IMG/VR virus record: IMGVR_UViG_3300024518_004078
Coordinates: 1-50,056 of that record
DNA: 50,056 bases
Strand: one strand, 5' to 3'
Source: a virus
Taxonomy: Duplodnaviria; Caudoviricetes
Shown piece by piece: positions 28,748 to 37,622 of this stretch (positions are counted from its first letter, which is position 1; every line of letters starts with the position of its first letter). The position numbers and the translations under genes were made by a program. Below the pieces are notes generated by a model. That model saw nothing but the letters and a program-made list of their open reading frames with translations, searched no databases and was not told the origin of the DNA.

Positions 28748-29269
28748 ATGAAATATTTTTTAATAGCAATGTTTTTTTTTACCCCGACAATATCGGAGGC
28801 CGATCGCGTTACCGTTCGGACTGTCCTAACTGATCGGACTACCGTACGGGCCTATATCAGCTATTTTAAACGAGACGTAAAAGTGTCATACCGAAACCGA
28901 GCCGTAGCATTAACCGATAAAATCGTTTCGATATCCAGAAAAAACGGTGTGGATCCCTTTCTGACGGCTCTAATGATGCGTTACGAATCCAGTTATCAAC
29001 CGGGTGTCATTGGCAAATTAGGCGAGCGCGGTTTGATGCAAGTACACCCTATTTTGTTGGGATCCCGAGAAATGGAAACGATCGACGACGAGATCCGGAT
29101 CGGCGTAGAGCACCTCTCAAAGTCGCTCGACGCTTGTCCAAGTCTCAAGCAATCAATAAACCATTACATGTCCGGGCGTTGTTTTCCCATTTACCGAAAA
29201 CCCGAAATGCGATTTAATAATTATGTCAACGCTGTAAAAATATTCAGAGGTGAAGATGTCGATTTCTGA
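28748..29269 (+). CDS. Lytic transglycosylase (SLT domain) with putative signal peptide
   Basis: GVDPFL..MMRYESSY..GERGLMQV; hydrophobic N-terminus ending SEA. Confidence 0.85.
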   Translation: MKYFLIAMFFFTPTISEADRVTVRTVLTDRTTVRAYISYFKRDVKVSYRNRAVALTDKIVSISRKNGVDPFLTALMMRYESSYQPGVIGKLGERGLMQVHPILLGSREMETIDDEIRIGVEHLSKSLDACPSLKQSINHYMSGRCFPIYRKPEMRFNNYVNAVKIFRGEDVDF

Positions 29270-29678
29270 AATTCCTATTTCGAAAAAAATCAGCTGGGCC
29301 GCAAAGAATCTGAAAAATGTTATTTTTCTTGTTGTCTTCTCCGGGGGCGCGCTTACGTTTGTCTTGGGCTGGCGGTTTTATGATAAGACCGAAATCGACA
29401 CGCAACATCAGGCGACGCACGATTTAATATCCGGAGTTGTCGATCGCTTTGATGTCCATGTAGAAAAAAATGCAGACGATTTCGAAATACTCACCACCAC
29501 TATCGGCCAGATCCAAACCGTACAAAGGAAATCATACGCCCGAGATGAGGCGCGCCGGGTTACCGGTCATATTAGAGACAGGGACAAGAGAGAGCGGCAA
29601 TACGATTTTATCGTAGAAAAAAATATGTTCCGGCTGGAAAACAAACTGGATACCTGCTCGGATACCCGATGCCGATGA
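29256..29678 (+). CDS. Single-pass membrane protein, possible lysis accessory
   Basis: One hydrophobic helix, then a charged domain; follows the SLT gene. Confidence 0.55.
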   Translation: MSISEIPISKKISWAAKNLKNVIFLVVFSGGALTFVLGWRFYDKTEIDTQHQATHDLISGVVDRFDVHVEKNADDFEILTTTIGQIQTVQRKSYARDEARRVTGHIRDRDKRERQYDFIVEKNMFRLENKLDTCSDTRCR

Positions 29679-30016
29679 GAGAGGGCGAAAAAATAAGGGA
29701 AATTCTCGCGTGTCTCAGTCCGGCGAAACGACTATTCAGAATCAACGCGGGAATGGGTTGGGTCGGTAAGATCGTCCGCAGGGAAGGAAATATTCTCATT
29801 TTAAAAGATCCCCGGCCCCTACACGCAGCGCCCAAAGGTTGGCCCGATTTGTCCGGCTGGGAATCGATCACCGTCACTCCGGAGATGGTGGGCCAAAAGA
29901 TTGCGGTTTTCACGGGGATAGAAGTGAAAGTTACTGGGAACCTCCGCCCGGAACAGGCCAATTTTAAGAAAATTTTGGAGGATCAGGGTGGGATATTTGA
30001 GGTTGTTCGGGATTAG
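29675..30016 (+). CDS. VRR-NUC (PD-(D/E)XK) nuclease
   Basis: LFRINAG..GWPDLSG..FTGIEVK..G.LRPEQ.NF..GG. Confidence 0.88.
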   Translation: MREGEKIREILACLSPAKRLFRINAGMGWVGKIVRREGNILILKDPRPLHAAPKGWPDLSGWESITVTPEMVGQKIAVFTGIEVKVTGNLRPEQANFKKILEDQGGIFEVVRD

Positions 30017-30282
30017 CACCGGGATCGATTTTGCCAGGGGCCTAAACTCTTTTTGTTTTTTCGAGGATCCGGATCCTCGACTTCATAAGTCTCAACGATC
30101 GCAACGTCCGTAAATTCCTCACCCGTAAAATCGAAAAACTCTCTTTTGACTTCCTCTCTTTTCAATAGCTTTTTGCCGTGAATAAAGACCGCAACATCCC
30201 CGGCGTCTACTGGCGTGAAGATATTTCCCATTTGTACCATGTCCGGCCCGCATCCTTTGTTTTTGTATACTGTTAGGGTCAT
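30013..30282 (-). CDS. Hypothetical protein
   Basis: AGGA RBS; ATGA overlap; stop overlaps the convergent VRR-NUC stop. Confidence 0.6.
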   Translation of the reverse strand: MTLTVYKNKGCGPDMVQMGNIFTPVDAGDVAVFIHGKKLLKREEVKREFFDFTGEEFTDVAIVETYEVEDPDPRKNKKSLGPWQNRSRC

Positions 30283-30419
30283 TTTAATTTCCTGTCTTTG
30301 ATTATTTCCTGGATTACTAGGAGCGGCGAAGCGGATAAACATATAGGACAGACTAGCGTCTTTTTTCCTAGTTTTTCCCCGCATTCCTCACAAAATTGAT
30401 GTGGTATTATTGTTTCCAT
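30279..30419 (-). CDS. 46-aa zinc-ribbon protein
   Basis: GGAGGG RBS in the repeated leader; CEEC..CPIC. Confidence 0.6.
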   Translation of the reverse strand: METIIPHQFCEECGEKLGKKTLVCPICLSASPLLVIQEIIKDRKLK

Positions 30420-30490
30420 TTTCTTTCCCTCCGTGTTTTGTGTGTCCCTCATCATGAGGGAAATATAATACGGCGTGACGCCGGGGTCAA
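30417..30490 (-). promoter_or_regulatory. Repeated promoter/operator/leader cassette, copy 1
   Basis: TTGACC-17-TATATT; palindrome CGGCGTGACGCCG in the spacer; 40 bp identical to 30841-30880. Confidence 0.8.
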
Positions 30491-30552
30491 CCCCGATGAA
30501 CTCTTTTTTTGCTTTTTTACCTCCGCCGCCCCGAAGGGCGGCCGGTTTGTTG

Positions 30553-30843
30553 TTAAGAAATATCCGCGCAAAAAACCCGGTTATAGGCTTGGATGCATTC
30601 GTCATTGATACACTCAGGAATCGAAGTGGCCGGGGTGCGTCGGTGCCCATCCCAGTGGTTCGCGGCGATATTCAGATCCCGGCAAATTTTGCTGATCGTG
30701 CCGTGGGGGGATTTGATCCATCCCGGAATATTTGCGGCGTTTCTTCCCCCGCGCGGCCCGCGAGTTGGGAGCGCGTCGATCTCCTCGATGTAAAGTTTTT
30801 TGATAAATTTGATTCTTTTTTCTAATAAGTCTGTTTTCGTCAT
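30553..30843 (-). CDS. Hypothetical protein
   Basis: Starts at the ATG of the repeated leader, with GGAGGG RBS. Confidence 0.65.
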   Translation of the reverse strand: MTKTDLLEKRIKFIKKLYIEEIDALPTRGPRGGRNAANIPGWIKSPHGTISKICRDLNIAANHWDGHRRTPATSIPECINDECIQAYNRVFCADIS

Positions 30844-30914
30844 TTTCTTTCCCTCCGTGTTTTGTGTGTCCCTCATCATGTATAAAATATAACACGGCGT
30901 GACGCCGGTTTCAA
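30841..30914 (-). promoter_or_regulatory. Repeated promoter/operator/leader cassette, copy 2
   Basis: TTGAAA-17-TATATT; same palindrome at 30895-30907; same 40-bp leader. Confidence 0.8.
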
Positions 30915-30933
30915 CTGGAAAAGTGAAAATAAA

Positions 30934-31227
30934 TTATTTTTTTATCGCGCGGCGTTTTTTCAATATATTGACAGGGATCACAAAATTATTGTCGATTTCC
31001 TCGAAACACAGAGTTCCGTTTTTGTCATCCGAGTAACCCAGGTCGGGCAAGAACCGCCTAGTTTTCAGTGTCAATCGTTCACACAGTAGATCGAATCTAT
31101 CACCCGCATAGAATTCCAGGGCCGTCTCTCTGGAAACGTTTTCCAATTTCATCCAGTATTGGATCATTCTTTCCCTAAAATCCTTGGGTCCCTCTGCGTA
31201 AAAAATCTCAAAATATTTTATCCCCAT
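30934..31227 (-). CDS. Hypothetical protein
   Basis: GGAGGTG RBS. Confidence 0.65.
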   Translation of the reverse strand: MGIKYFEIFYAEGPKDFRERMIQYWMKLENVSRETALEFYAGDRFDLLCERLTLKTRRFLPDLGYSDDKNGTLCFEEIDNNFVIPVNILKKRRAIKK

Positions 31228-31230
31228 TTT

Positions 31231-32043
31231 TCACCTCCGTGCCAAAAAACCATTTTCGATCATCTCTCGATAATACTCCCCGGTTACCCGTTCGAACTCA
31301 CCATACCGGATCCCGGCTGCGTCGGTTTTACGTTTTGTCAGATGCATATGGAGAAGCAACCCATTGTGTTTCAGCGGCTTTTTAATATCCCGAAGCGGAA
31401 TTTCTCCAAACTGATCAGAAGGAAAAGCCGGAGCGATAGCGATCAAATCCCTTAACGTCGCCCTAGCTGCCCATAGGCCCGCGCACAGCCGCGCCATCGA
31501 GTCGATCTGTATGTCTGGCATGTGAAAGACCTTGCGGTCCCTCCCGCGAATCGTCTGCTCGATCACTTCATGGGGTGCGAGTCCTAAACGTTTGCATCTC
31601 GCTTCTGAGTATGCATTTGGCCGGAGGTCTGCCCAAGGATAGAGCACGTTTTCTATTCCGGGGCCGTGTGGGTTGGCCTTCCCAGCGTGCCAGGCGTATT
31701 CGACGGCGTCCAGGCATTGAAAGATCGTGCCGTAGTCGGAATTGATAAACGGCACCGATAGGCCGCGCTCTTTGTGCAAGGTATCAAAACACGTACGCGC
31801 GCGATATCCGCCGGTATGATGGATCGTTATCAGGTTGAATTTTTTCAAACCTTTTTCTAAATTGCGCGGAGTGTATCTTTTTCCCTTGACAATTACAATT
31901 TTGTCTTTTCCGGTTTTTCGATCTTCGGTTTTGTGGATATATTTCGTGGTGTCGTATCCGTCGAATCCGTTTCGCGAATCCCAGCGGAGGACCGGGACGC
32001 CAATATCGAATTTTACCCCGGCTACTGTTATGCATGTTGGCAT
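31231..32043 (-). CDS. N-acetylmuramoyl-L-alanine amidase (Amidase_2)
   Basis: ITIHHTGG, AWHAG, GIEN and LLHMHL..KTD zinc-amidase motifs. Confidence 0.88.
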   Translation of the reverse strand: MPTCITVAGVKFDIGVPVLRWDSRNGFDGYDTTKYIHKTEDRKTGKDKIVIVKGKRYTPRNLEKGLKKFNLITIHHTGGYRARTCFDTLHKERGLSVPFINSDYGTIFQCLDAVEYAWHAGKANPHGPGIENVLYPWADLRPNAYSEARCKRLGLAPHEVIEQTIRGRDRKVFHMPDIQIDSMARLCAGLWAARATLRDLIAIAPAFPSDQFGEIPLRDIKKPLKHNGLLLHMHLTKRKTDAAGIRYGEFERVTGEYYREMIENGFLARR

Positions 32044-32044
32044 T

Positions 32045-32437
32045 TCAGAAAACCTCCGATTTTAAGTTTTCAATTTCTTTCTGACAATAATGGACTGCCT
32101 TTTCCAGATCTTCAATCCGTTTTTCGGGATCTTTTTTTCTGATAATATACTTGACAGCGTTTCCTTCGTAAAAATTGAGATCGCACGCGTCAACTACGTG
32201 CCAGGGTTGGATCTTCAATTTTTTGTAGTGCTCTCCTCCTACTTGGCGATCAGTGGTGGGAGACACTTCGCCGCGCTCAATCGGCACCCGTGGCGCTTGC
32301 CACTTTGTTTTGTATAGACCAAACACGCATTCTTTCGGTTTAAATATTTCATCAGCTATCAGCGTGCAATTGCGGAGACAGCCCACACACTCCCATTCTG
32401 ACCGCTGTTTTTTCTCGTTCTGTTTTTTTTCCTTCAT
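32045..32437 (-). CDS. DUF3310 protein (T7 gp1.7-related domain)
   Basis: QVGGEHYK..IQPW..FYEGNAVKYI.R..IEDLEKA.HY. Confidence 0.85.
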   Translation of the reverse strand: MKEKKQNEKKQRSEWECVGCLRNCTLIADEIFKPKECVFGLYKTKWQAPRVPIERGEVSPTTDRQVGGEHYKKLKIQPWHVVDACDLNFYEGNAVKYIIRKKDPEKRIEDLEKAVHYCQKEIENLKSEVF

Positions 32438-33918
32438 ACTCGCCCCTTTAATTTCTCCGCCTGGAAATGTGCCCAGCCGGGTTTGTATTTTTTAACTCTC
32501 GCAATTTCGTACAGTAACGGAACGTTTACCATAGATTGGTTCTTATTCAGCTGATGATAGATCCAGACCGGCTTCCTGCCAAGCTCTAAAGCGATCGCGG
32601 CCATTTCTTCGATTGCGGAGTCGTCGATCGCGCGGTTGATCCGGTCGATCATCTCGCGGCGTTCTTCAATCGGGCGTTCGGCCATCTTGACGGGTCCGGT
32701 CACTTCGATCAGTCGCCCGTCTACTTCTTTTAATCCGGCTCTAGGTTTTGCCGGTTTTTCCTCTTGACAATTCGGGCATTTTGTGCCTTCGAAATACATG
32801 AAACAGGCCGGGCAGAGATGCAACGCGGCCGGGGCGACACCTTTCGGTTTTTTCGTCTTTAGCGTTCCGTGAAATTTCCATTCGTAATCCGCGAGCGGGT
32901 GCCCATGCTGGCGGAGGTTATTAACGTGGTCCAATATAACGCAATCCTGTTTTCCGGGCCAAGGGCGCAACCCACGGCCGACCATCTGCGAAAACAACGC
33001 CCTAGATAAAGTGGGGCGAAGCATGACGATGCAGGACACTCTCGGCACGTCTAGGCCATATGTGATCAAATCGCAGCTGGTTAACCCGTGGATCTTTCCA
33101 TCCCGGAGCGCGTCGATCAGTATCGTGCGTTTTTTATAGCTCATTTTGCCGTCGATATTTTCGAACAAATATCCGGCGTCATTGTATTTCTGCGCGGTAA
33201 GAGTCGCCATTTTGACAGACGAGCAGTAGACCAAACACGGCTTTTCGTGCGCGTGCTCGCGGTAGTGCTCAATCGTCTTGCCGAAAATTTGCCGTTCTTC
33301 CAGGAGCGCCTGCAGTTCATCGGCTTTGTATTCAGTTCCGCGCCGGGCCAGCGATTCGATACCTTCGATCGGTGGGCAGAAATATTTTACACCGGTTAAA
33401 AAGTCTTGCGAGATCAGCTCTGCAATGGTGGGCCCCTTGACGAGTATTTCGTAAACTTCCGACAGCCCGCGTCCGTCTAATCGTTCGGGGGTGGCGGTTA
33501 CTCCCAGAATTTTCGCATTTGGATATCGCGCGGCGATCTCTTTCTGGCGCTCCAGATATAAATGAACCTCGTCGAAAATTATAAAATTAGGCGGCGATTT
33601 AATTTTGTCGTACCGTCTCACGAGCGTATCTTTTGAGACGACGTGAACTTTATACAGTTTCGACTCGGACGATCCTGGCGCGATCCGGCCGTGGGGGATC
33701 CCAAGCTCTTTTAGTTGGTTACTGGTCTGCTTTAATAGTTCGTTTCTCGATACGATTATCCAAACGGAGTTACCACGCAAAACAGCCGCCTTGGTCATCT
33801 CCGTAAATAACCGGGTTTTTCCGGATCCGGTGGGCGCGGTCGCGCATACGGCTCGGAAGTTCCGGAACGCTTCCCGCACTTCCTGAAATAATTTGGTTTG
33901 GTAGGGGCGGAGGGGCAT
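32434..33918 (-). CDS. Superfamily 2 DExH helicase with C-terminal zinc ribbon
   Basis: LRPYQ, APTGSGKT, DEVH, TATP, GLDVP, QMVGRGLR and CPAC..CPNC. Confidence 0.95.
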   Translation of the reverse strand: MPLRPYQTKLFQEVREAFRNFRAVCATAPTGSGKTRLFTEMTKAAVLRGNSVWIIVSRNELLKQTSNQLKELGIPHGRIAPGSSESKLYKVHVVSKDTLVRRYDKIKSPPNFIIFDEVHLYLERQKEIAARYPNAKILGVTATPERLDGRGLSEVYEILVKGPTIAELISQDFLTGVKYFCPPIEGIESLARRGTEYKADELQALLEERQIFGKTIEHYREHAHEKPCLVYCSSVKMATLTAQKYNDAGYLFENIDGKMSYKKRTILIDALRDGKIHGLTSCDLITYGLDVPRVSCIVMLRPTLSRALFSQMVGRGLRPWPGKQDCVILDHVNNLRQHGHPLADYEWKFHGTLKTKKPKGVAPAALHLCPACFMYFEGTKCPNCQEEKPAKPRAGLKEVDGRLIEVTGPVKMAERPIEERREMIDRINRAIDDSAIEEMAAIALELGRKPVWIYHQLNKNQSMVNVPLLYEIARVKKYKPGWAHFQAEKLKGRV

Positions 33919-33919
33919 T

Positions 33920-34846
33920 TTATTCCACGGACGCCAGAAATTGACGACAGAATGCGGCAACCTTCCCGTTGAATATTTTGGTTACTTGTTTCCGTTCGTC
34001 TTTCAGGAGACAGTCGAAAATATCGGGTTCATCTTCTCGCGCGTCCGTAAAAATATCTTGATTGTAGGCACCTAGGAATTTACCGAAATCTTTCAATTCC
34101 CAAGGTTGTTTCCCAAATAAATTATCATATCGGGTTTGCGTTATATATTCTTCCAGCCGTGTCAGGATCTCCCCCTGTTCCCCGGAGAGTTCAACCGTTT
34201 TTTTCGGTTTCTTCACCCGTTCGGAGAAGCTGGCATTTTTGTTTTTGATAATCAAACGCTTCCCGCCGTTGTTAAACCGCGTGATATTGGGTTTTAAAAC
34301 TACGCCTTCCATTTGGTTGGGGCCGGAGGCATCTAGAAAAACACACGATTTATGATCGTTGGGGTGTTTCATGCCTTCCTCCAATGTTGCGCCGCCAAAA
34401 CCGGGCGGTGTTGCAAATCCTGGAATTTGGGACAGGAATTCTTGTGGCAAATATCTTTCACTATCGTCCCATATCAATACTACATCAAAGAGGGCAAAGT
34501 TTTTATCTGGGCCATAATCTACCCGCTTCTGAATTCCGGGGCCGTACAATTCCCCGTAAAAAATAACATAGTCACAATCAGAATCGGCGATCAGTTGGGC
34601 AGATTCGGCGATCGCGGGCTCACTATACCTATCAATTACCTCTTGACAATTGTAAAAAGTTCCATCCACAAACTGATTTCGAGACGCTACTTTGACCTCT
34701 TTCCCATCGCTGTAAAACGCGAAGTTTGCACCATCGATCTTTTCGGTGATAAACCATCTTTCGTTTTCTGGAACCGAGTTTTTGATTTGCGTTATGAATT
34801 TGCTATTATAGGCGTTTGTGATGCTGTTATATTTTTTAAACTTCAT
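33920..34846 (-). CDS. rnl2: RNA ligase 2, T4 Rnl2-like
   Basis: FKKYNSITNAYNSKFI N-terminus, motif I EKIDGANF, YGELYGPGIQK, FALFDV, EGVVLKP, IIKNKN and a helical C-terminal domain. Confidence 0.88.
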   Translation of the reverse strand: MKFKKYNSITNAYNSKFITQIKNSVPENERWFITEKIDGANFAFYSDGKEVKVASRNQFVDGTFYNCQEVIDRYSEPAIAESAQLIADSDCDYVIFYGELYGPGIQKRVDYGPDKNFALFDVVLIWDDSERYLPQEFLSQIPGFATPPGFGGATLEEGMKHPNDHKSCVFLDASGPNQMEGVVLKPNITRFNNGGKRLIIKNKNASFSERVKKPKKTVELSGEQGEILTRLEEYITQTRYDNLFGKQPWELKDFGKFLGAYNQDIFTDAREDEPDIFDCLLKDERKQVTKIFNGKVAAFCRQFLASVE

Positions 34847-35072
34847 TCTCCCCCTCTTTCTGATCCGTTTCGTCCGACTCCACATAGCCAATTTTAACCA
34901 TCAAGATAGTTAGGATTGTTTTGATGGCTATCAGGTTGGCAGAAAGAACCACCCCATCATCCACCTCTCGCCCTGGGCGTGAATCCTGGATCATGGCTAC
35001 TGCCTCGTTCACTAAGTCAACAATTTTTTTCGCGGCAATTTTCTCCAAATCAAAATTCTCGTGTTCATTCAT
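34836..35072 (-). CDS. Hypothetical protein
   Basis: AAAGGG RBS; overlaps neighbours. Confidence 0.6.
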   Translation of the reverse strand: MNEHENFDLEKIAAKKIVDLVNEAVAMIQDSRPGREVDDGVVLSANLIAIKTILTILMVKIGYVESDETDQKEGENEV

Positions 35073-36774
35073 AATCTTCCCTTTCGTTTAATACGCCCCC
35101 GATCACAGTACATGCAGCCGTGCGGCCCGCAATCAGACAGCGTTTGTTTTTTTCGACCAAGTCCGGGTGCCGATGTAATTGATGATGGTATCCGGATGTT
35201 CTCTCGATTATCGATTTGATTTTATGGTGATTATTCGCAATCACTAGATCGCCGTCTTTTGTCACTCCAACGCCGTACTGCCCGGCTAAATTTCTCAGAT
35301 ACGTTTTCCCGTCTTGATGCAATCCATTATCATTCAAAATCCCGGTGGCTACTGACGTTAAAATCTGAGCGATCGATAGTTGACACCGAATGATATCCAT
35401 CCCACCCGTGGGAATTTCGCATCGTACCGACTCGGACAATAACCGATCGATAATGTCGATTGTCTCGTCTCGGCCCGCGTCTAACGGTTTCATTTCGTAC
35501 ATCATTTTAACGGCCAGTGTGGCGGCCTCATCTCGGGGTGTCTCATCTCGCCAGACGATGTAGTACGCGGATAGTAACAGAGCCTCCGCATACGAAAACC
35601 GGTTATCTTTGCCAGTCTCTCCTCTGATATACGGCTCTAGGTATTCGGCATACTCCAAAATTTCAGGAAGTTTTCGCCACGTAAGCGCGCGAATCCCAGC
35701 ACAGTTTTCAGGGGTTGTCAACCTGGAAATCGTACTGGATAACTCTTTCCAGTTGTTTAGCTGGTCTCCCGTGGGCTTTCTCATCTCAATACGAAAAATT
35801 CTGTTTTCATCGGCGATGTTTCCGACCGTTGGATCGATCGCCACGAATAAAAACATATTCGACATGCGAAAAATCTGCGCCCGCCCCTCGATCGTCCCTT
35901 TGGCAATGATCGGCGCGTCGTCACTGGTGGACATTCTCATCAATGAGAACAGATCTTCAGTGGTCTGTTTTTTCTTGGCAGTGTCTTTTTCTGACTCCTC
36001 GATAATTACAGCACAACTGTCATTTGCAACCGATTGCCGGATTGCCGCTTCCGTAGTTCCGCCGGAAAACGTTTCGGGCTGTGCGATTTTTCTAACTATA
36101 TAGTTGACAATTGTAGATTTCCCTGATTTAGACGGCCCGGTTATCAACCCACACGGCCGCCAGGAGAGCGCCCCGGCGAAGGGAGCCAACGCAGTCCACC
36201 CCAAAACGCGGGATTTATCCGCGCCGCTCGCGAAAGAGAGTTTCCCAACCGTGTCGGCAATCTCGGCCCGGATATCCGGGCTTGCATCCGCGCTTGACAG
36301 ACCGATATCTTTTTGAGTCTTTCGGAGGTATAGCCGTTTTTCAGAGTATTCACCAATCGTTTTGCGTCCGTCGTGATAACAGATCCGGCCGTCGTTCTCG
36401 CGCCAACCTCCCCGCCCACGTATCAGCATCGGGTCGAAATCGGTATTTAAAGACGTCTCGATCAGGAAGCTGATCGCGTTATCCCATTTTGTAGTGCCAT
36501 CGATCGCGAAGTTTTGATCCCACCATTGAACAATCGCCAATGTCAAGAGAAAGTTTTTGCCAAATTTTTTCGGCAACTCAGACTGTAGACGATCGTGAAC
36601 GCCGACAAAATACGCGCGCCCGTCATCTCCCAAACCTAAAATCCGAAAGGGGAATTTTTTGGGCGGAGGGGGCGGTGGGGATTTTTTCTTTTTTTTGCGC
36701 GGTTTCGCGGGTTTGTCTTCCCAACACTCAGGCTCTTTTATCGGGGGTGCCGGTTTTTGGAAGGGGTCGATCAT
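35065..36774 (-). CDS. P-loop replicative helicase of the primase-associated type, no primase domain visible
   Basis: Walker A GPSKSGKST; Walker B-like VIIEESE; Pro/Lys-rich N-terminus. Confidence 0.72.
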   Translation of the reverse strand: MIDPFQKPAPPIKEPECWEDKPAKPRKKKKKSPPPPPPKKFPFRILGLGDDGRAYFVGVHDRLQSELPKKFGKNFLLTLAIVQWWDQNFAIDGTTKWDNAISFLIETSLNTDFDPMLIRGRGGWRENDGRICYHDGRKTIGEYSEKRLYLRKTQKDIGLSSADASPDIRAEIADTVGKLSFASGADKSRVLGWTALAPFAGALSWRPCGLITGPSKSGKSTIVNYIVRKIAQPETFSGGTTEAAIRQSVANDSCAVIIEESEKDTAKKKQTTEDLFSLMRMSTSDDAPIIAKGTIEGRAQIFRMSNMFLFVAIDPTVGNIADENRIFRIEMRKPTGDQLNNWKELSSTISRLTTPENCAGIRALTWRKLPEILEYAEYLEPYIRGETGKDNRFSYAEALLLSAYYIVWRDETPRDEAATLAVKMMYEMKPLDAGRDETIDIIDRLLSESVRCEIPTGGMDIIRCQLSIAQILTSVATGILNDNGLHQDGKTYLRNLAGQYGVGVTKDGDLVIANNHHKIKSIIERTSGYHHQLHRHPDLVEKNKRCLIAGRTAACTVIGGVLNEREDYE

Positions 36775-36775
36775 T

Positions 36776-37069
36776 TTACATCCAGTGTTGAGCGATCCAG
36801 CCAGTGAGCAGGGCGAACAGGGGCGCGAGATATGCCCCGGTTAGTAACCGTTTGGCGACCGTCCAGTCATCGGTTTTTTCGCCTAAATACACTTTCCCGG
36901 TCGCGAATGTTATCAACAAATCTAGTCCGATAGCATGAGCAAGCGACAGGGGTGGAAGTCCCAGCGGACATACAAACCACGCCCAGAGATGGCAGATCAC
37001 ATAACCGGCCAGTAATGCCGATGTGATAATCATAAAAACGGCCGCAATATAGACTGCTACTTTTTCCAT
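36776..37069 (-). CDS. Membrane protein, about three helices
   Basis: Hydrophobic segments; LWAWFV.PLGLP.LSLAHAIGL. Confidence 0.7.
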   Translation of the reverse strand: MEKVAVYIAAVFMIITSALLAGYVICHLWAWFVCPLGLPPLSLAHAIGLDLLITFATGKVYLGEKTDDWTVAKRLLTGAYLAPLFALLTGWIAQHWM

Positions 37070-37293
37070 TATTTTTCCCCTCTTTCATCATTTATAAAAA
37101 CCAACCGAGCGATCCGGCACTCTCCAAATTTGCCGTTTAATTTATCGATTTGATCCGCGCACTCCCGAAAACTCGCCCTCTGTACATACTGTTCCAAAAC
37201 GATCGGGCCGTCCGGATCCGTAAACTCCCCGTCGCAATTCCGACCGGGTTGATCGTTTTCGGCTACTATGACGTATATCTCGGGATCGGTCAT
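37069..37293 (-). CDS. Hypothetical protein
   Basis: GGAGGG RBS; overlaps neighbours. Confidence 0.6.
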   Translation of the reverse strand: MTDPEIYVIVAENDQPGRNCDGEFTDPDGPIVLEQYVQRASFRECADQIDKLNGKFGECRIARLVFINDERGEK

Positions 37294-37622
37294 TCCGCAC
37301 CCTCCAAACGTTCGCGCGCAAAATTACCCAACTCCAAAAGTTCCAGTTTAGATTGGATAAATTCGGCCGGAGCCGTAAACCCCAAACCCATAGGCGTCGG
37401 GGTGCCGTGGCAAATTAGTCCTACTTTCGGCCATTCTTTCATCTTTGCCAAGCCCAGGGCGGCACAATGAAAACTACAATACCCCGGACGGACAGGGCAC
37501 AGGAGAGGTGTAGATTTCAACGGTGTCACGTCGGTAACTCTGCAAATCTCGTTATCGGAATTTATCGCCAACATCTGATAACGCTTCTCCGGAGCGGTCC
37601 ATGGTTTATTATCATCGGACAT
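37290..37622 (-). CDS. Hypothetical protein
   Basis: TAATG coupling with recT; Cys residues. Confidence 0.6.
   Translation of the reverse strand: MSDDNKPWTAPEKRYQMLAINSDNEICRVTDVTPLKSTPLLCPVRPGYCSFHCAALGLAKMKEWPKVGLICHGTPTPMGLGFTAPAEFIQSKLELLELGNFARERLEGAE

Noticed and set aside
30417-30880. 40-bp repeats as att sites or insertion-sequence ends
   Set aside because: They coincide with leader, RBS and start codon, and no integrase or transposase is present
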